Below, piece by piece: positions 27,714 to 38,262 of a stretch of 64,000 nt of DNA (its first letter is position 1; every line of letters starts with the position of its first letter). The position numbers and the translations under genes are program-made. Source of the DNA: an uncultured Solirubrobacterales bacterium. GTDB lineage: Bacteria; Actinomycetota; Thermoleophilia; Solirubrobacterales; 70-9. The stretch covers positions 48,634 to 112,633 of the forward strand of contig CAVVAT010000010.1 in NCBI GenBank assembly GCA_963746215.1, in the 5' to 3' direction. A model generated the notes under the pieces. That model did no database searches. It saw nothing but the letters and a program-made list of their open reading frames with translations, and was not told where the DNA came from.

Positions 27714-28189
27714 CGCTGGTAGGTGATCGCGGGTCGACCCCACCGCGGCCCGGTGTCCTCCGCGATCACCACGAACCCATGCGAGCGGTAGATGTGCGCC
27801 GCCGCCCGAAGGTCGGAGAAGGTCTCGAGGCGCACGCCCTCGTAGCCGTTGCGCTCGGCTGACTCGAGCAGCTCGGCGAGCCAGCGTCGGCCAAGCCCCT
27901 GGCCGCGCAGCTCGGCGTCGAGGACGAAGAAGCGCAGTGCGGCCCAGCCGTCGCCCTCGTCGCTCAGCGCGATGCTGCCGACGTGGCGACCGTTCAGCTC
28001 GGCGATCCGCACCTGCTCTCGAGGCCCGGGCCAGCCCCGCGTCCCGATCGCGGAGACGGCTGCGGCGACGTGGGCTTCGAACGTTGAATCGTTGCCGTAC
28101 TCACGCGCATAGAGCTCGCCGTGGTGAGCGATGATCGCGCCGAGGTCGCCGGGGCGGAGGTCGCTGCGTATCTCGAGGCCGGAGTCCAT
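27626..28189 (-). CDS. GNAT family N-acetyltransferase
   Basis: ATG 28189 gives MDSGLEIRS. RGQGLGRRWLAELLESAERNG acetyl-CoA motif. The last ~88 nt overlap the convergent HxlR gene. Confidence 0.75.
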   Translation of the reverse strand: MDSGLEIRSDLRPGDLGAIIAHHGELYAREYGNDSTFEAHVAAAVSAIGTRGWPGPREQVRIAELNGRHVGSIALSDEGDGWAALRFFVLDAELRGQGLGRRWLAELLESAERNGYEGVRLETFSDLRAAAHIYRSHGFVVIAEDTGPRWGRPAITYQRYELTFQSSAHTASSARAGSSARPFSVSA

Positions 28190-28268
28190 GGGTGGATCAT
28201 GCACGCTGCGATTGATCGAAGCAAGACGTTGTTGCGAACAGATCAATCGCGGATTACGATGAATCGCG

Positions 28269-29141
28269 ATGGAGCTTCGTCAGCTTGCCTATGCGGAGGC
28301 GGTCGCCCGTCACCGCCACTTCACCCGTGCCGCGGAGGAGCTCCATGTCGCGCAGTCCGCGCTCTCGCACCAGATTCGCCGTCTCGAGGCCGAGCTGGGC
28401 ACGACGCTGTTCGAGCGCACCAGCCGACGCGTCGTGCCAACCGAGGCCGGGGAGGCGCTCGCCGCACGTGCGCGACGCGTCCTCGCGGAGGTCGACGGTG
28501 TCCGAGCGGAGCTCGACGACCTGCGCGGCCTCGTGCGCGGGCGGCTATCCATCGGTGCGCTTCTCCCGGCGGGGGAGATCGAGGTGCCGAAACTGCTCGC
28601 CGAGTTCCGCAGCCGCTTCGACGGGATCGAGGTCGGTCTGCGTGAGGGCACGGCCGGCGATCTGATGGATCTGCTGTTGGCAGGCGAGCTCGATGTCGCG
28701 TTCATGCTCATCGCAGGCGACCTCCCGGAGGGAATCGAGAGCGCGCGCCTCGGCACCGAGGAGGTGGTTGCCGCCTACCCACCCGGGACAGCGCCCGCGG
28801 CCAAGGCCGTGACCGCGGCGGACCTTGCGGGAGTCGCGCTCGCCACGCCACGGTCCGGCTCCGCGATCAAGCGCGAGGTCGACCGCTTCTTCGCTGCCGC
28901 GGGGGGCGAGCTTCTGCTGTCGCTGGAGAGCGCCGACCCCTACCTGATCCGGTGCCTGGTCTCCGACGGCTTCGGCCCGGCCGTCCTGCCGGTCTCGCTT
29001 GCCGAGCGCCCGGGACCCCCGGTGGAGACGCGTCCGCTCCGCCCGGCGATCCAGCTGCCGGTCTGCCTGGTCTGGCAGCGCGATCGCCAGCTGTCGCCGG
29101 CAGCGACAGCATTCGTCGAGTTCGTTCGCGGAGAATCGTAG
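28269..29141 (+). CDS. LysR family transcriptional regulator
   Basis: 290 aa. HTH region MELRQLAYAEAVARHRHFTRAAEELHVAQSALSHQIRRLE. Confidence 0.9.
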   Translation: MELRQLAYAEAVARHRHFTRAAEELHVAQSALSHQIRRLEAELGTTLFERTSRRVVPTEAGEALAARARRVLAEVDGVRAELDDLRGLVRGRLSIGALLPAGEIEVPKLLAEFRSRFDGIEVGLREGTAGDLMDLLLAGELDVAFMLIAGDLPEGIESARLGTEEVVAAYPPGTAPAAKAVTAADLAGVALATPRSGSAIKREVDRFFAAAGGELLLSLESADPYLIRCLVSDGFGPAVLPVSLAERPGPPVETRPLRPAIQLPVCLVWQRDRQLSPAATAFVEFVRGES

Positions 29142-29150
29142 GATTGCGCC

Positions 29151-29552
29151 GTGCCGTTCACGCTGAGGAACCTCAAGGAGGACCTGGAGGACGTCGGGTC
29201 CAACTTCGACGGCGCGCCGGGCCTGGAGTTCCGCATGGCGACCGACGCGCTCGAGCTCGAGCAATCCGGTCTGACCTATCAGCACGTCCCGGCCGGTTAT
29301 CGCTTCCCGTACGGCCACACGCACAAGACGCAGGAAGAGGTCTACCTCGTCGTGCGCGGGAGCGGACGGATGAAGCTCGACGACGAAATCGTGGAGCTCA
29401 AGGAGTGGGATGCGGTCCGTGTCCCACCCGGGACGTGGCGAGGCTACGAAGCCGGGCCCGACGGCCTCGACATCATCGTCTTCGGGGCTCCCAGCCTCGG
29501 CGAGGGTCGGCGTGAAGACGTCGAGGGCGAGCGCGACTGGTGGACTGACTAG
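29151..29552 (+). CDS. Cupin domain protein
   Basis: 133 aa. GHTHKTQEEVYLVVRGSG...WDAVRVPPG cupin motifs. Confidence 0.75.
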   Translation: MPFTLRNLKEDLEDVGSNFDGAPGLEFRMATDALELEQSGLTYQHVPAGYRFPYGHTHKTQEEVYLVVRGSGRMKLDDEIVELKEWDAVRVPPGTWRGYEAGPDGLDIIVFGAPSLGEGRREDVEGERDWWTD

Positions 29553-29675
29553 CGCCCCCGTCGCAAAGGCGGCAGGCCCAGATGAAGGTCGCCTCGACGC
29601 CGACGCCACTTTCTCGCCCGCTCGCGCGATGGTTGGCGACCACCAGAACACCGTCGTCGCCGAACTGTCCATGGG

Positions 29676-30263
29676 TTACCAGTCCCGCGGGTTCCCGGCG
29701 GGAATCTGGTCGACGACCAGTGTCGCGTCTACGACCTCGACCGGCGGTGGACCGGTCGTCTCGCGAAAGAGATCGAGCTGGCCGGGGCCGAGCGCGTCGA
29801 ACGCGCCCTCGACGGCCTTGAGGTAGGTCGAGATCAGGACCGATCCCTCGCGTGGCGTTGGCGCGCGATGCTCGGGGCGAGCGCGGTAGGTCACGACCTG
29901 ATCCAAATGCGTGTCTGAGTCAATCTCGGCGGTGACGTCGACCCGGTCGTAGCGGATCTCGCGCGCGTCGAGGCGGTCGAGCTCACTCTCGGTCACCTCG
30001 AATAGGGCACCGTTTGGCGCCGGGGCCTGCGGGTCGGGGGCGATGTCGAGGCCGAGGCAGAACTCCGGCCGGGTGCCGTCGGCGAGCGCGAAGGTCTTCT
30101 CCGACGTCGCGTTGTTGCGGGCGAGCCCCCAGGAGCGGCGCCAGCCCTGCAGGCGAGCAAGAGCGGCGACCTCGACAGGGCGGCCGAGGGTCTCGGCGAG
30201 GCTCGCCGCCTTGACAAGCGAGCCGTAGCCGAAAACGGCCAAAGTCAAGCTCTCGGCCTCCAT
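29676..30263 (-). CDS. Gamma-glutamylcyclotransferase-like (AIG2/ChaC fold) protein
   Basis: ATG 30263 gives MEAESLTLAVFGYGSL (YGSL motif). Family assignment is tentative. Confidence 0.6.
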   Translation of the reverse strand: MEAESLTLAVFGYGSLVKAASLAETLGRPVEVAALARLQGWRRSWGLARNNATSEKTFALADGTRPEFCLGLDIAPDPQAPAPNGALFEVTESELDRLDAREIRYDRVDVTAEIDSDTHLDQVVTYRARPEHRAPTPREGSVLISTYLKAVEGAFDALGPGQLDLFRETTGPPPVEVVDATLVVDQIPAGNPRDW

Positions 30264-33200
30264 GCTGGGCGAGGGCAAAGCCGGGCTGCGGCAGGGCAGC
30301 CGAAGCACAGCGCCGCATACGGCTCGTGCGTCGGCTCGAAGTCGTTGGATTGCATTTGTTCCACCAGGCCGGTGAGGCGGTCGCGCACGGCCGGCAGGTC
30401 GGCGGCGGTCACGGTTTCAACCACCGGGTCGTTTGGGCGCTCGAGGAAGACGTGGGCGACGCGGGCGCCCTCGGGGCCCGCTGCGAGCGCGTAGATCTCA
30501 CGCTGGGCGCGGTAGCGGTCGGCGAGCTCCTGCGGCTCGCGGCCGGCGAGGCGGTCGGTCTTGTAGTCGACGACCGTGAGGACGCCCTCGCCGGTGGCGA
30601 GCAGGTCGATCTGGCCGCGGATCACGGTGGGCCCGAGACCGAGCAGGAAGGGGACCTCCGCCTGCACCTGGCTCTCGCCAAGCTCGGTGCGCAGCGGCGA
30701 TCCCAACCATCCGTCGACCAGTTCACGCACGCGCCGCAGCGCGTCGGCGTCATCGCCAAGTCCTTCGCGGGCGACCAGGCGTTCAAGGAGCTCTGGCGCC
30801 GGCTCGGCCCATCCGTTGTCAGCGCTCCACTCGAGCGCTGCGTGAACCGAATTGCCGATGCCGAGCGCAAGGTCGCGAGGGACGTCCGGTTCCGCGAGCT
30901 CGTCGTCGGCACGCTCATCACGCGCGTCCTCGTCGGCCTCGCCCGGCGAGGTTGCGAGACCCTCGCGCGCGCCGAGAACCCGCTCGACGTAGAAGCGATA
31001 GCCGCAACGCTCGTAGAGGGCGAGTGCCGAGTAGGAGAGGTGGCCGATCGGCACAGGAGACGAGCGCTCGGTGAGCAGCGGCGGAGGCGCCACGGTGCCG
31101 GCGATCGGCGCCGGATCCGGCGGGGGATCAAAGCGCCGGACGAGCTCGGCTGCGCGCTCGGGGCTCGGCTCGGAGATGCGGATCTCGAGCGGCACCTCGG
31201 CCAACCGCTCGGACGCGCCGATCGGACGCGCGCCGGGGAGCATCACGAGGCCCGTGCCGCCGTCCCAGCCGCGTTCGCCAAGGGTCGGGAGCAGTCGCCG
31301 CAGGATCGAGTCCTTCGGCTTGAGCTCCTCGAGCGGCTCGCGGTCGGCGTCGCTGTAGAACCCGCTGAGAATCAGGCGATCCTCCGCCCGCGACGCCGCG
31401 ACGTATGCGAGCCGGCAGCCCTCCTCCGCCTCGGCGACGCTCGCCGCCTCGTTGATGTCGGCCAGCTGCCAGACGCCGAACGACTTCTTCGCGGCGAACA
31501 CCAGCCGCATCCCGAACCCGTGCTCAGGGTCCTCGCCGGGACCCGGCGCGGGGCCGATGACCATGTCGCCCGCTCGGTGACCGGCGGCAAGACCGCGGCC
31601 CATGTCGGGCACAGCGACGACCGGGAACTGCAGACCCTTGGCGGCGTGAACGGTCATCACCCGCACGCCGTCGTGGCCCTCGGCCTGGACAGCGGCCATG
31701 CCCTCACGCTCGCCGCGCTCGGTGCTGTCCGCAGCCAGAGCGAGGAAGCCCGCGAGGTCGCGACCCTCGCTCGACTCGTAGTCGCGCGCGAGTCGCATCA
31801 GCTTGCGCACGTTCGCCATGCGCCCCTCGCCGCCACGGCGCGCGATCAGCCCCAGGTCGTAGCCGAATGCCGTCATCGTCCGCTCGACCAGCTCCTCGAG
31901 CGTGAGCAGCGGTGCCTCGGCGCGCAGGCGGCCGAGGACCTCGTGAAAGCGCTCGAGCTTGGCGAGGTCCTCATCGGGAATCGACTCGAGCCAGTGCGTC
32001 GCATGCTCGGGGGCCTCCTCGCCCTCGAAGCGGTCGGCGATCACCGGCCACACATGACGAGCGCCACCGGTCTCGCCGCGAGCGGCCTGGCGCAGGAGCC
32101 AGAGCGCATCTGGGCTGACGCCGACCGCGAACGACGCGAGCGCGCCGAACAGCAGCTCGTCGTCCAGCGGATTCGAGACGACGCCGAGGAGCCGGATCAG
32201 GTCCTCCACCTGCTGCTGGGTCCAGTAGCCGCGGCCGCCGACCACGAACGGGCGGAGGCCGGCGCGCGCAAGCGCCTGCTCGTAGGCGTCGACGTGGGTG
32301 AAGGCGCGCAGCAGGACGACGATCTCGCCACGCTCGGCATCGCCGGCCTCGACCAGCTCGCGAAGTCGCTCGGCAAGGAAGCGGGCCTCGGCGACCACCT
32401 TCGGCGCGGAGGCTGCCGGCGCCGCATCGAGCTCGATCTCGTCGGTGTCCCACTTGCGCGCCTCGCGCCCCTTGCCCTCGTCGAGCGTCAGCAGCAACTC
32501 GACCGCTCCCGGCCCATCGTCGGGGATACGTCCCGCGCTCAGCTCGGCGAAGCCGTCGAGCAGTGCGTTGCCGACCGCGTTGACGGCGCCCAGCACCGCC
32601 GGTCGGGAGCGGAAGTTGCCGAGCAGCGGCAGGACGTCTCGGTCCGGATCCTTGATCGCGTCCGCGCGCTCCTGGCGAAAGACTTCGAGGTCGGCGTTGC
32701 GGAAGCGGTAGATCGACTGGTTCTCGTCGCCGACCATGAACACCTTGGTTTGCGGGCCGCGAAGCTTCTCGACCAGCTCGAGTTGGACGCGGTTGGTGTC
32801 CTGGAACTCGTCGACCATGACGTGCTCGAAGCGCTCGCTCCAGATCGTCGCCAGCGCGTCGCTCGAGCGCAGGAGCGCGAGCGCGCGCAGCTCGAGGTCG
32901 AGGAAGTCGAGCGCCGACCGCTGTTCCTTGAGCGCCTCGTAGCGGGCGTGGAAGCGCTCGAGCAGCGTTTCGAAGGAGGCGCGGGCCGCCTTTGCGGCGG
33001 CCACGTCCGCGGGCGGAAGCGGATCCACCAGCTTCTCCCGCTTGCCCGGGGAGTGAAGCGGCTCGCCCACCTCCGGCAGGCGGGGCTCGGCCATTCCTTG
33101 GCTGCGCAGCTGCATGTACGCGGCGAGCGTCATCTGCTCGAGGCGCCAGGGCTGGTACTCGGCCGCCGCGACGGCAATCCCCTCATCGCCCTCGACCAGT

Positions 33201-33733
33201 AGGGCGTCGAGCGCATCGCGGAAGGCGCGATCGCTCAGGCGACCCGCCTGACCGGCGTCGAGCACGCGAAACGCCGGATCGAGCCCGGCCGCGAGAGGGT
33301 GCATCGCCAGCAGGCGGCGACAGAAGGCGTGGATCGTCATCACCCAGGCACGCTCGGTGGCGCGGGCGAGGATGCGGAGCTCGTCGGCCAGGGCATCGTC
33401 GCCCTGTCCGCGCGCGATGTGCGATCTGCGGGTCAGCTCGGCGCGGATTCGTGTCCGCATCTCGGCCGCGGCGCGCTCGGTGAAGGTGAACGCGAGAACG
33501 CGATCGACGCCAACTCCGTCGTCGATAACCGCCGCGCAGTAGCGGTCGACCAGCACGCTGGTCTTGCCGGTGCCCGCGCCGGCCTCGAGGAACGCGTCGC
33601 GCACACGAGCGGCAATTGCGTCGGCCTGTTCGGACGTGGGATCGGGACGAGCCCGGGTGACCGGGACGGCCGGCGTCTGGTCCGGCGCGGGCTCGAGCTC
33701 GAGGTCGGCGAGTGAGAGCTGGCCGTCAGCCAT
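30245..33733 (-). CDS. addA: AddA-type helicase-nuclease (UvrD/Rep helicase + C-terminal PD-(D/E)XK nuclease)
   Basis: True start is ATG 33733 (MADGQLSLADLE...), 1163 aa. Motif I EAGAGTGKTS, helicase motifs VDEFQDTN and TVHAAKGLQFP, and nuclease GQIDLL...VVDYKT. The track ORF extended to 34864 is out-of-frame overlap with addB. Confidence 0.85.
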   Translation of the reverse strand: MADGQLSLADLELEPAPDQTPAVPVTRARPDPTSEQADAIAARVRDAFLEAGAGTGKTSVLVDRYCAAVIDDGVGVDRVLAFTFTERAAAEMRTRIRAELTRRSHIARGQGDDALADELRILARATERAWVMTIHAFCRRLLAMHPLAAGLDPAFRVLDAGQAGRLSDRAFRDALDALLVEGDEGIAVAAAEYQPWRLEQMTLAAYMQLRSQGMAEPRLPEVGEPLHSPGKREKLVDPLPPADVAAAKAARASFETLLERFHARYEALKEQRSALDFLDLELRALALLRSSDALATIWSERFEHVMVDEFQDTNRVQLELVEKLRGPQTKVFMVGDENQSIYRFRNADLEVFRQERADAIKDPDRDVLPLLGNFRSRPAVLGAVNAVGNALLDGFAELSAGRIPDDGPGAVELLLTLDEGKGREARKWDTDEIELDAAPAASAPKVVAEARFLAERLRELVEAGDAERGEIVVLLRAFTHVDAYEQALARAGLRPFVVGGRGYWTQQQVEDLIRLLGVVSNPLDDELLFGALASFAVGVSPDALWLLRQAARGETGGARHVWPVIADRFEGEEAPEHATHWLESIPDEDLAKLERFHEVLGRLRAEAPLLTLEELVERTMTAFGYDLGLIARRGGEGRMANVRKLMRLARDYESSEGRDLAGFLALAADSTERGEREGMAAVQAEGHDGVRVMTVHAAKGLQFPVVAVPDMGRGLAAGHRAGDMVIGPAPGPGEDPEHGFGMRLVFAAKKSFGVWQLADINEAASVAEAEEGCRLAYVAASRAEDRLILSGFYSDADREPLEELKPKDSILRRLLPTLGERGWDGGTGLVMLPGARPIGASERLAEVPLEIRISEPSPERAAELVRRFDPPPDPAPIAGTVAPPPLLTERSSPVPIGHLSYSALALYERCGYRFYVERVLGAREGLATSPGEADEDARDERADDELAEPDVPRDLALGIGNSVHAALEWSADNGWAEPAPELLERLVAREGLGDDADALRRVRELVDGWLGSPLRTELGESQVQAEVPFLLGLGPTVIRGQIDLLATGEGVLTVVDYKTDRLAGREPQELADRYRAQREIYALAAGPEGARVAHVFLERPNDPVVETVTAADLPAVRDRLTGLVEQMQSNDFEPTHEPYAALCFGCPAAARLCPRPAWRPRA

Positions 33734-36700
33734 CGGAGTTCTCGCTGAAGCTCTCTTCGCCGACGTCTCCGAGGGCTCGCTCGAGCCGGCAGATCGTCTG
33801 AAAGGTGCAGTACTTCGGGCACTCGCCGTTGAGTGGATCGCGTCGGATTCGTCCCGCGCGCATGGCGGTCGCGGTTTCGATGGCGAGCGCCTCGGCGTTC
33901 GCCAGCAGCTCCGCGAGCTCGTCGGCAGGCTTGCGGTCGGTCTTGACCAGGTCCAGCGCGTCGAGCCGCTCGTCCTTGAGCACCAGTCCTCGTGCGCGGC
34001 GCTGTTTCGGATCGGTGGCGCCGAGTGGGTGGTAGAGGCCGCCAACCGGATCGAGATCGAGCACGCGCTGGGCGACCAGCATGTAGAGCTGGATCTGCAG
34101 CGTTCCCTTGTCGGCGAACTTGTCGGCGCTCGCGACGGACTTGCCGGTCTTGTAGTCGTGGACGATCGCGCTGCGCCCGTCGGCCGCGAGGTCGATGCGG
34201 TCGACCCTTCCGCGCAGCTGCACGTCGCCGAGTGCCAGGGCGGCGCGGGTCGGCGGAGCGTCCTCGGGCTGGTGGTCGAGCTCGCCGAACCCGAGCTCCA
34301 GCAGTTCGCGCGCGGGGCGGAACTCGCTCTCGCTGTTGGCCTCGACTTCGAGAAACGCGCCGACCTGTGCCTTCGCGCGCACGAGTGCCGCGCGCCGGGG
34401 CCGGGTGAGTCCGCCGAATCCCTCACCGAACTCGTCGACGAGTTCATCGAAGCGATCGCGCCAGCGGGCGACATCGCCGGGTCGGGGGATCGAGTCCGAA
34501 CCCGGCGGGTCGGCGTAGAGGCGCTCGAGTGCGCCATGTACGACCCCACCGATCCACAGCGGATCCGCCGCCGGATCAAGGTGCTGTGGCCGCAGCTCGT
34601 GATCGACGAACCACTTGTAAGAACAGGTGACCCAGCCCTCCAGGGAGTTGGCGCTGAAGACCCGCCGCGATTCGAACTCGGCAAGCACGGCCGGGACGGT
34701 GAGCGGGCCCGGAAGCGCATCGGGATCTGGCAAAGGCGTGAACGGGGCGAGCGCGGCGTCCGCCAGCGCGCCACCGACGCCGAGCTCGGCGAGGGCGCCG
34801 GAACGATCAGCGTTCCAGCCGCCACGCGCGAGCGCACGAGCCAGGACGCGCGGCGTCGAGGCATCGACCGCGTCGATCACCGAGCGCTCCGGGCCGCGGA
34901 CCCGCAGCACCCGCGATGGAAGCTCTCCAGAAGGCGCGATCAGGTCGTAGACCTCGTCGATGAACGGCGAGCGCGCTCGCGCCTCACCGTCCTCGTCGCA
35001 GCTCTGCCAGCTGAGGACGAGGCGCTCGGTCGGACGGGAAACGCACGCGTGGAACAGGTAGCGCTCCTCGTCGGCCTGGTCGGCTCGCCGCAGGTCCGGG
35101 TTGCCGATGCGCGCGCGCCTCTCCTCGGAGAGGAGCGGGTCGGGGGGACTGGAGGTTGGAAACTCGCCCTCCTGCAAGCCGGTGCAGAACAGCACCCGTG
35201 CGCGGGCCGCCCGTGCTCGATACGGGCTCATGATCCGCACCCGCCCGGTTGCCGGGCCGCGCCAGCGCGCAACGGTTGCCGCTTCGATCGCCTCGATGGC
35301 GTCCTCGAGCTCGGGCACCTGCGTATCGGACAGCGAGCCGAGCGAGGCGAGCTCCTCGAAAAGCTCGGCGGCGGCCACGCCCGCTCGGAGCTCGAGCGCG
35401 GAGAACGGCGTCTGCGATTCCTCGTTCGCGCGCTGGCCCGCAAGCGGCGCCTCCTCGCGATGCGCCCCCTCGGCAAGGGCGCGAGCCGAGCGCGCGAGTG
35501 CCCGGAGGCGTGTTGGGGCATCGGCCGCTTCGCGCAGGCGCTCGAGGTGGCGCGGAGGCTTCTCCCAGCCTTCAACAGCGGCTGTCACGGTGTTCGCCTT
35601 GCCGCGACGAATGCTCCGCTCGAGCCAATCGACGGTGGTCTTCGGAAACGACGGGTCGTAGCGCAGGTGGGTGAGCAGCGCGTCGACCGCGGTCTCGTCG
35701 ATCGCCGCACGGCAGAGGGCGACGAGCGACGTTCCGACGCAGGTCGCCGCGAGTGGCATCGAGGCCTCGAGCGCAACCGGGATCCCGAGGTTGGAGAGCA
35801 CGCTGGCGAGCACGGGTCCCGACGAGTCGGGATGGCGAACCACGATCGCGATCTCGTCGGGCTCGACTCCGCTCGTCAAGAGCCGAGCGATCTCGATCCC
35901 GATCGCCTCGGCTTCGCCGCGAGCGCCCGCGGAGTCCAGCAGCAGGATTCCCTCGTCGGGATCGATCGGCAGCGCGGCTGGTTCGAACAGGTTGCGGTCG
36001 AGATGGCGCAGGGTCGCGCTCTGCGTGTAGCTGGGATCGAACGGCAGCGGCTCGCTGCGCTGCGCTCCCAGCTCCTCGACGAGGCGCGTGAGCAGGCTCG
36101 CTCGAGCGGCGAGCGCGCGGGTGTCGGCGTAGGTGACCGCGACCGTCACCGTTGCGTGTGCCGCCAGGGCGGCTATCAGTTCGGTCTGGTCGCGACGCAG
36201 GTCGTCGAATCCGTAGACGAACACCGGTCGGCCGCCCCATGCGGATGCATCGGCGCGCAGCGCACCGATCGCCGCCGCGGTGATCGAGCCGTGGTCCGTG
36301 CGACCGCTGGCGTCGCGAAGCTCGGTGTAGGCGCGGTAGATCGACGCCAGCTCGAGTTCGTACTCGGGGGCATCGAGTTCGCCGACGATCCGCTCGAACT
36401 CATCCGGGTCGACAAGCGCAGCCTGCAGTTCAGCGATGAGGCGGTCGGCCGCAGGGGTGAACCCGGGACGATCGGCGCTGCGGCTCAGCCGGCGCGGCGC
36501 GGCGCGGCGAATGGCCGCGCGCACCAACGCCTGGCGCTGGGTTGGCGTGAGGCGCGGGCCGAGGTCGAGAGCAAGCGCCGCGGCCACCTCGCGCGCGAGC
36601 CCGTCGAAGGTTGTGATCGTTCCGCCGATCGTGGTCGCACCCTCCGCGCAGAGGTCGCGCTCGAACGCCGCGACATCGTCGGCGGTGGGCACCACCAGCA

Positions 36701-36791
36701 GTGGCCGACCGCCAAGTTCGTCGCGAAAACGGGCAATCAGCTCGCGCGAACGGCCCGAATTCGGGGGCCCCTGGATCAGTTCGATCGCCAT
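33726..36791 (-). CDS. addB: AddB-type helicase-nuclease subunit (degenerate Walker A, RecB-like nuclease, Cys cluster)
   Basis: 1021 aa. GPPNSGRS at the N-terminus, nuclease GRVDRIDL...IVHDYKTGK, and cysteines WVTCSYKWF and GECPKYCTFQTIC. 8-nt overlap with the addA start. Confidence 0.8.
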   Translation of the reverse strand: MAIELIQGPPNSGRSRELIARFRDELGGRPLLVVPTADDVAAFERDLCAEGATTIGGTITTFDGLAREVAAALALDLGPRLTPTQRQALVRAAIRRAAPRRLSRSADRPGFTPAADRLIAELQAALVDPDEFERIVGELDAPEYELELASIYRAYTELRDASGRTDHGSITAAAIGALRADASAWGGRPVFVYGFDDLRRDQTELIAALAAHATVTVAVTYADTRALAARASLLTRLVEELGAQRSEPLPFDPSYTQSATLRHLDRNLFEPAALPIDPDEGILLLDSAGARGEAEAIGIEIARLLTSGVEPDEIAIVVRHPDSSGPVLASVLSNLGIPVALEASMPLAATCVGTSLVALCRAAIDETAVDALLTHLRYDPSFPKTTVDWLERSIRRGKANTVTAAVEGWEKPPRHLERLREAADAPTRLRALARSARALAEGAHREEAPLAGQRANEESQTPFSALELRAGVAAAELFEELASLGSLSDTQVPELEDAIEAIEAATVARWRGPATGRVRIMSPYRARAARARVLFCTGLQEGEFPTSSPPDPLLSEERRARIGNPDLRRADQADEERYLFHACVSRPTERLVLSWQSCDEDGEARARSPFIDEVYDLIAPSGELPSRVLRVRGPERSVIDAVDASTPRVLARALARGGWNADRSGALAELGVGGALADAALAPFTPLPDPDALPGPLTVPAVLAEFESRRVFSANSLEGWVTCSYKWFVDHELRPQHLDPAADPLWIGGVVHGALERLYADPPGSDSIPRPGDVARWRDRFDELVDEFGEGFGGLTRPRRAALVRAKAQVGAFLEVEANSESEFRPARELLELGFGELDHQPEDAPPTRAALALGDVQLRGRVDRIDLAADGRSAIVHDYKTGKSVASADKFADKGTLQIQLYMLVAQRVLDLDPVGGLYHPLGATDPKQRRARGLVLKDERLDALDLVKTDRKPADELAELLANAEALAIETATAMRAGRIRRDPLNGECPKYCTFQTICRLERALGDVGEESFSENSDG

Positions 36792-36900
36792 CGCCTGAGC
36801 ATAGGTCGGGGTTCGGCTCGTATTCCTGACTCCGAAGCCGCGTATTGGGTGTTTCCGGGGCCCGTTTTGCCGTCCTGCGGCCTACCTATCGTCCTCCGCG

Positions 36901-37356
36901 ATGTCCCTCTGCTTCATAGACCCAGCCGACGCAATCCGCGCAATCGCCGATTCGATCGGCCGAGAGGCCCGCCGCCAGTTGCTCGGCGAGGCCGTGCGTG
37001 CGTGGGTCGACGAGATCCCCGACGACGAGCTCGAGGCTCACTACGCGAAGGCGATCTCCGAGCTTGACGAGCACGACATCTCGATGCTCGCCGCCTGGCA
37101 CGCCTCGATGGACGTCGGCACGCCGATCCCGAACCGCGACTACCTGATGGGCGCCTTCCCGACGCTTGGTCAGCACCGGCGCGAGGCGCTGAAGCTGGCC
37201 GCCGGATTCCGCGGCGAGGAGGCCGTCGACCGCGGTGTCACCGAGGAGCGCGCGCTCGAGACGGTCCTCGAGTGGCTCTCACAGCCGCGCCTCATGGAGC
37301 TGGCCGTAGAGGCAGTAGAGCTCTACGTGTGGGATAGGGCCGGCTCGGACAACTAG
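36901..37356 (+). CDS. Hypothetical protein
   Basis: 151-aa ORF with a codon pattern typical of the genome. No recognisable motif. Confidence 0.5.
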   Translation: MSLCFIDPADAIRAIADSIGREARRQLLGEAVRAWVDEIPDDELEAHYAKAISELDEHDISMLAAWHASMDVGTPIPNRDYLMGAFPTLGQHRREALKLAAGFRGEEAVDRGVTEERALETVLEWLSQPRLMELAVEAVELYVWDRAGSDN

Positions 37357-38225
37357 TCCGCGGTCGGCTTCGCCGGCGCGTGCTTGTCGCGCTGCAGCTG
37401 CTCGTTTTCCAAGATCGATTCCCGGATGCGATCGTCGCGTAGCGACTGGCGGTCGAGCAGCGGGTTGAGGATGCCTCTCAGCACTGAGTAGACGCGCCAC
37501 CAGCGCGGGCGGATGATCATCTGGGCGCGGGTCTCGATGCCGTCGGCGATCGCCGAGCCCGCGACCGGCGGCTTCAGGCGCTTGGTGACGAACTTGGGGA
37601 ACATCTCCTCGGCCTTCTGGGCGCCGGGCTGGGCGAAGGCGTCGCGCACCATGTCGGTGTCGATGAAGCCGAAGTAGGCGACGCTCGCCGATGCGCCATG
37701 CACCGACAGCTCGGTGCGAAGCGCGCGGCCGATCTGCTCGACACCGGCCTTGGCGGCGGCATAGGGCGAGGCCATCACGCCGTTCATGAACGCGTAGACC
37801 GAGGCGACGACGACCACGTGGCCGCGGCGGGCGATGATCTGCTCGAGCGCGGGGTGGACGGTGCGCCAGACGCCGAGGAGGTCGATCTCGACAACGCGCT
37901 CCCATTCCTTGGCATCGACGGTGATCATCGGCCCCTGCGTCGGAGCGACGCCGGCATTCGCAACGACGACGTCTAGCCCGCCGAAGTGTTCGACCACCGT
38001 CGCCACAGCTGCCTCCATCGCCTCGGTGTCGGTGACGTCAGCGGCAATTGCCAGCGTGCGCTCGCCGATAGCTCGGCAGGCGTCCTCGGTCGCCTGGAGG
38101 TTCAGGTCGACGATCGCAACCGACGCACCGCGCGCGTGCAACGCCCGCGCCGTCTCGAAGCCGATGCCGCGAGCGGCACCGGTGACCAGCGCGACCTTGC
38201 CGGGAAGTGGGAACTCGACGGCCAC
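37353..38225 (-). CDS. SDR family oxidoreductase
   Basis: VALVTGAARGIGFE, NAGV, and YAAAKAG catalytic motif. Confidence 0.85.
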   Translation of the reverse strand: MAVEFPLPGKVALVTGAARGIGFETARALHARGASVAIVDLNLQATEDACRAIGERTLAIAADVTDTEAMEAAVATVVEHFGGLDVVVANAGVAPTQGPMITVDAKEWERVVEIDLLGVWRTVHPALEQIIARRGHVVVVASVYAFMNGVMASPYAAAKAGVEQIGRALRTELSVHGASASVAYFGFIDTDMVRDAFAQPGAQKAEEMFPKFVTKRLKPPVAGSAIADGIETRAQMIIRPRWWRVYSVLRGILNPLLDRQSLRDDRIRESILENEQLQRDKHAPAKPTAD

Positions 38226-38262
38226 GAACTGATCCTATGCCTCCCGGTGCGAAACTTGGCGC

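Noticed and set aside
30245-34864. 1539-aa ORF suggesting a giant helicase.
   Set aside because: The first ~376 codons are an out-of-frame overlap with addB, are Ser/Arg/Pro-rich and have no motifs. The helicase begins at ATG 33733, which overlaps the addB stop by 8 nt.
30326-37067. Very long plus-strand ORFs (30326-33202, 958 aa; 33564-37067, 1167 aa) opposite addA/addB, and similar ones elsewhere (e.g. 332-1225, 41827-43329, 43946-45088).
   Set aside because: They are Arg/Gly/Ala/Pro-rich with no motifs and lie exactly antisense to well-supported genes. These are classic stop-poor shadow ORFs of high-GC DNA.
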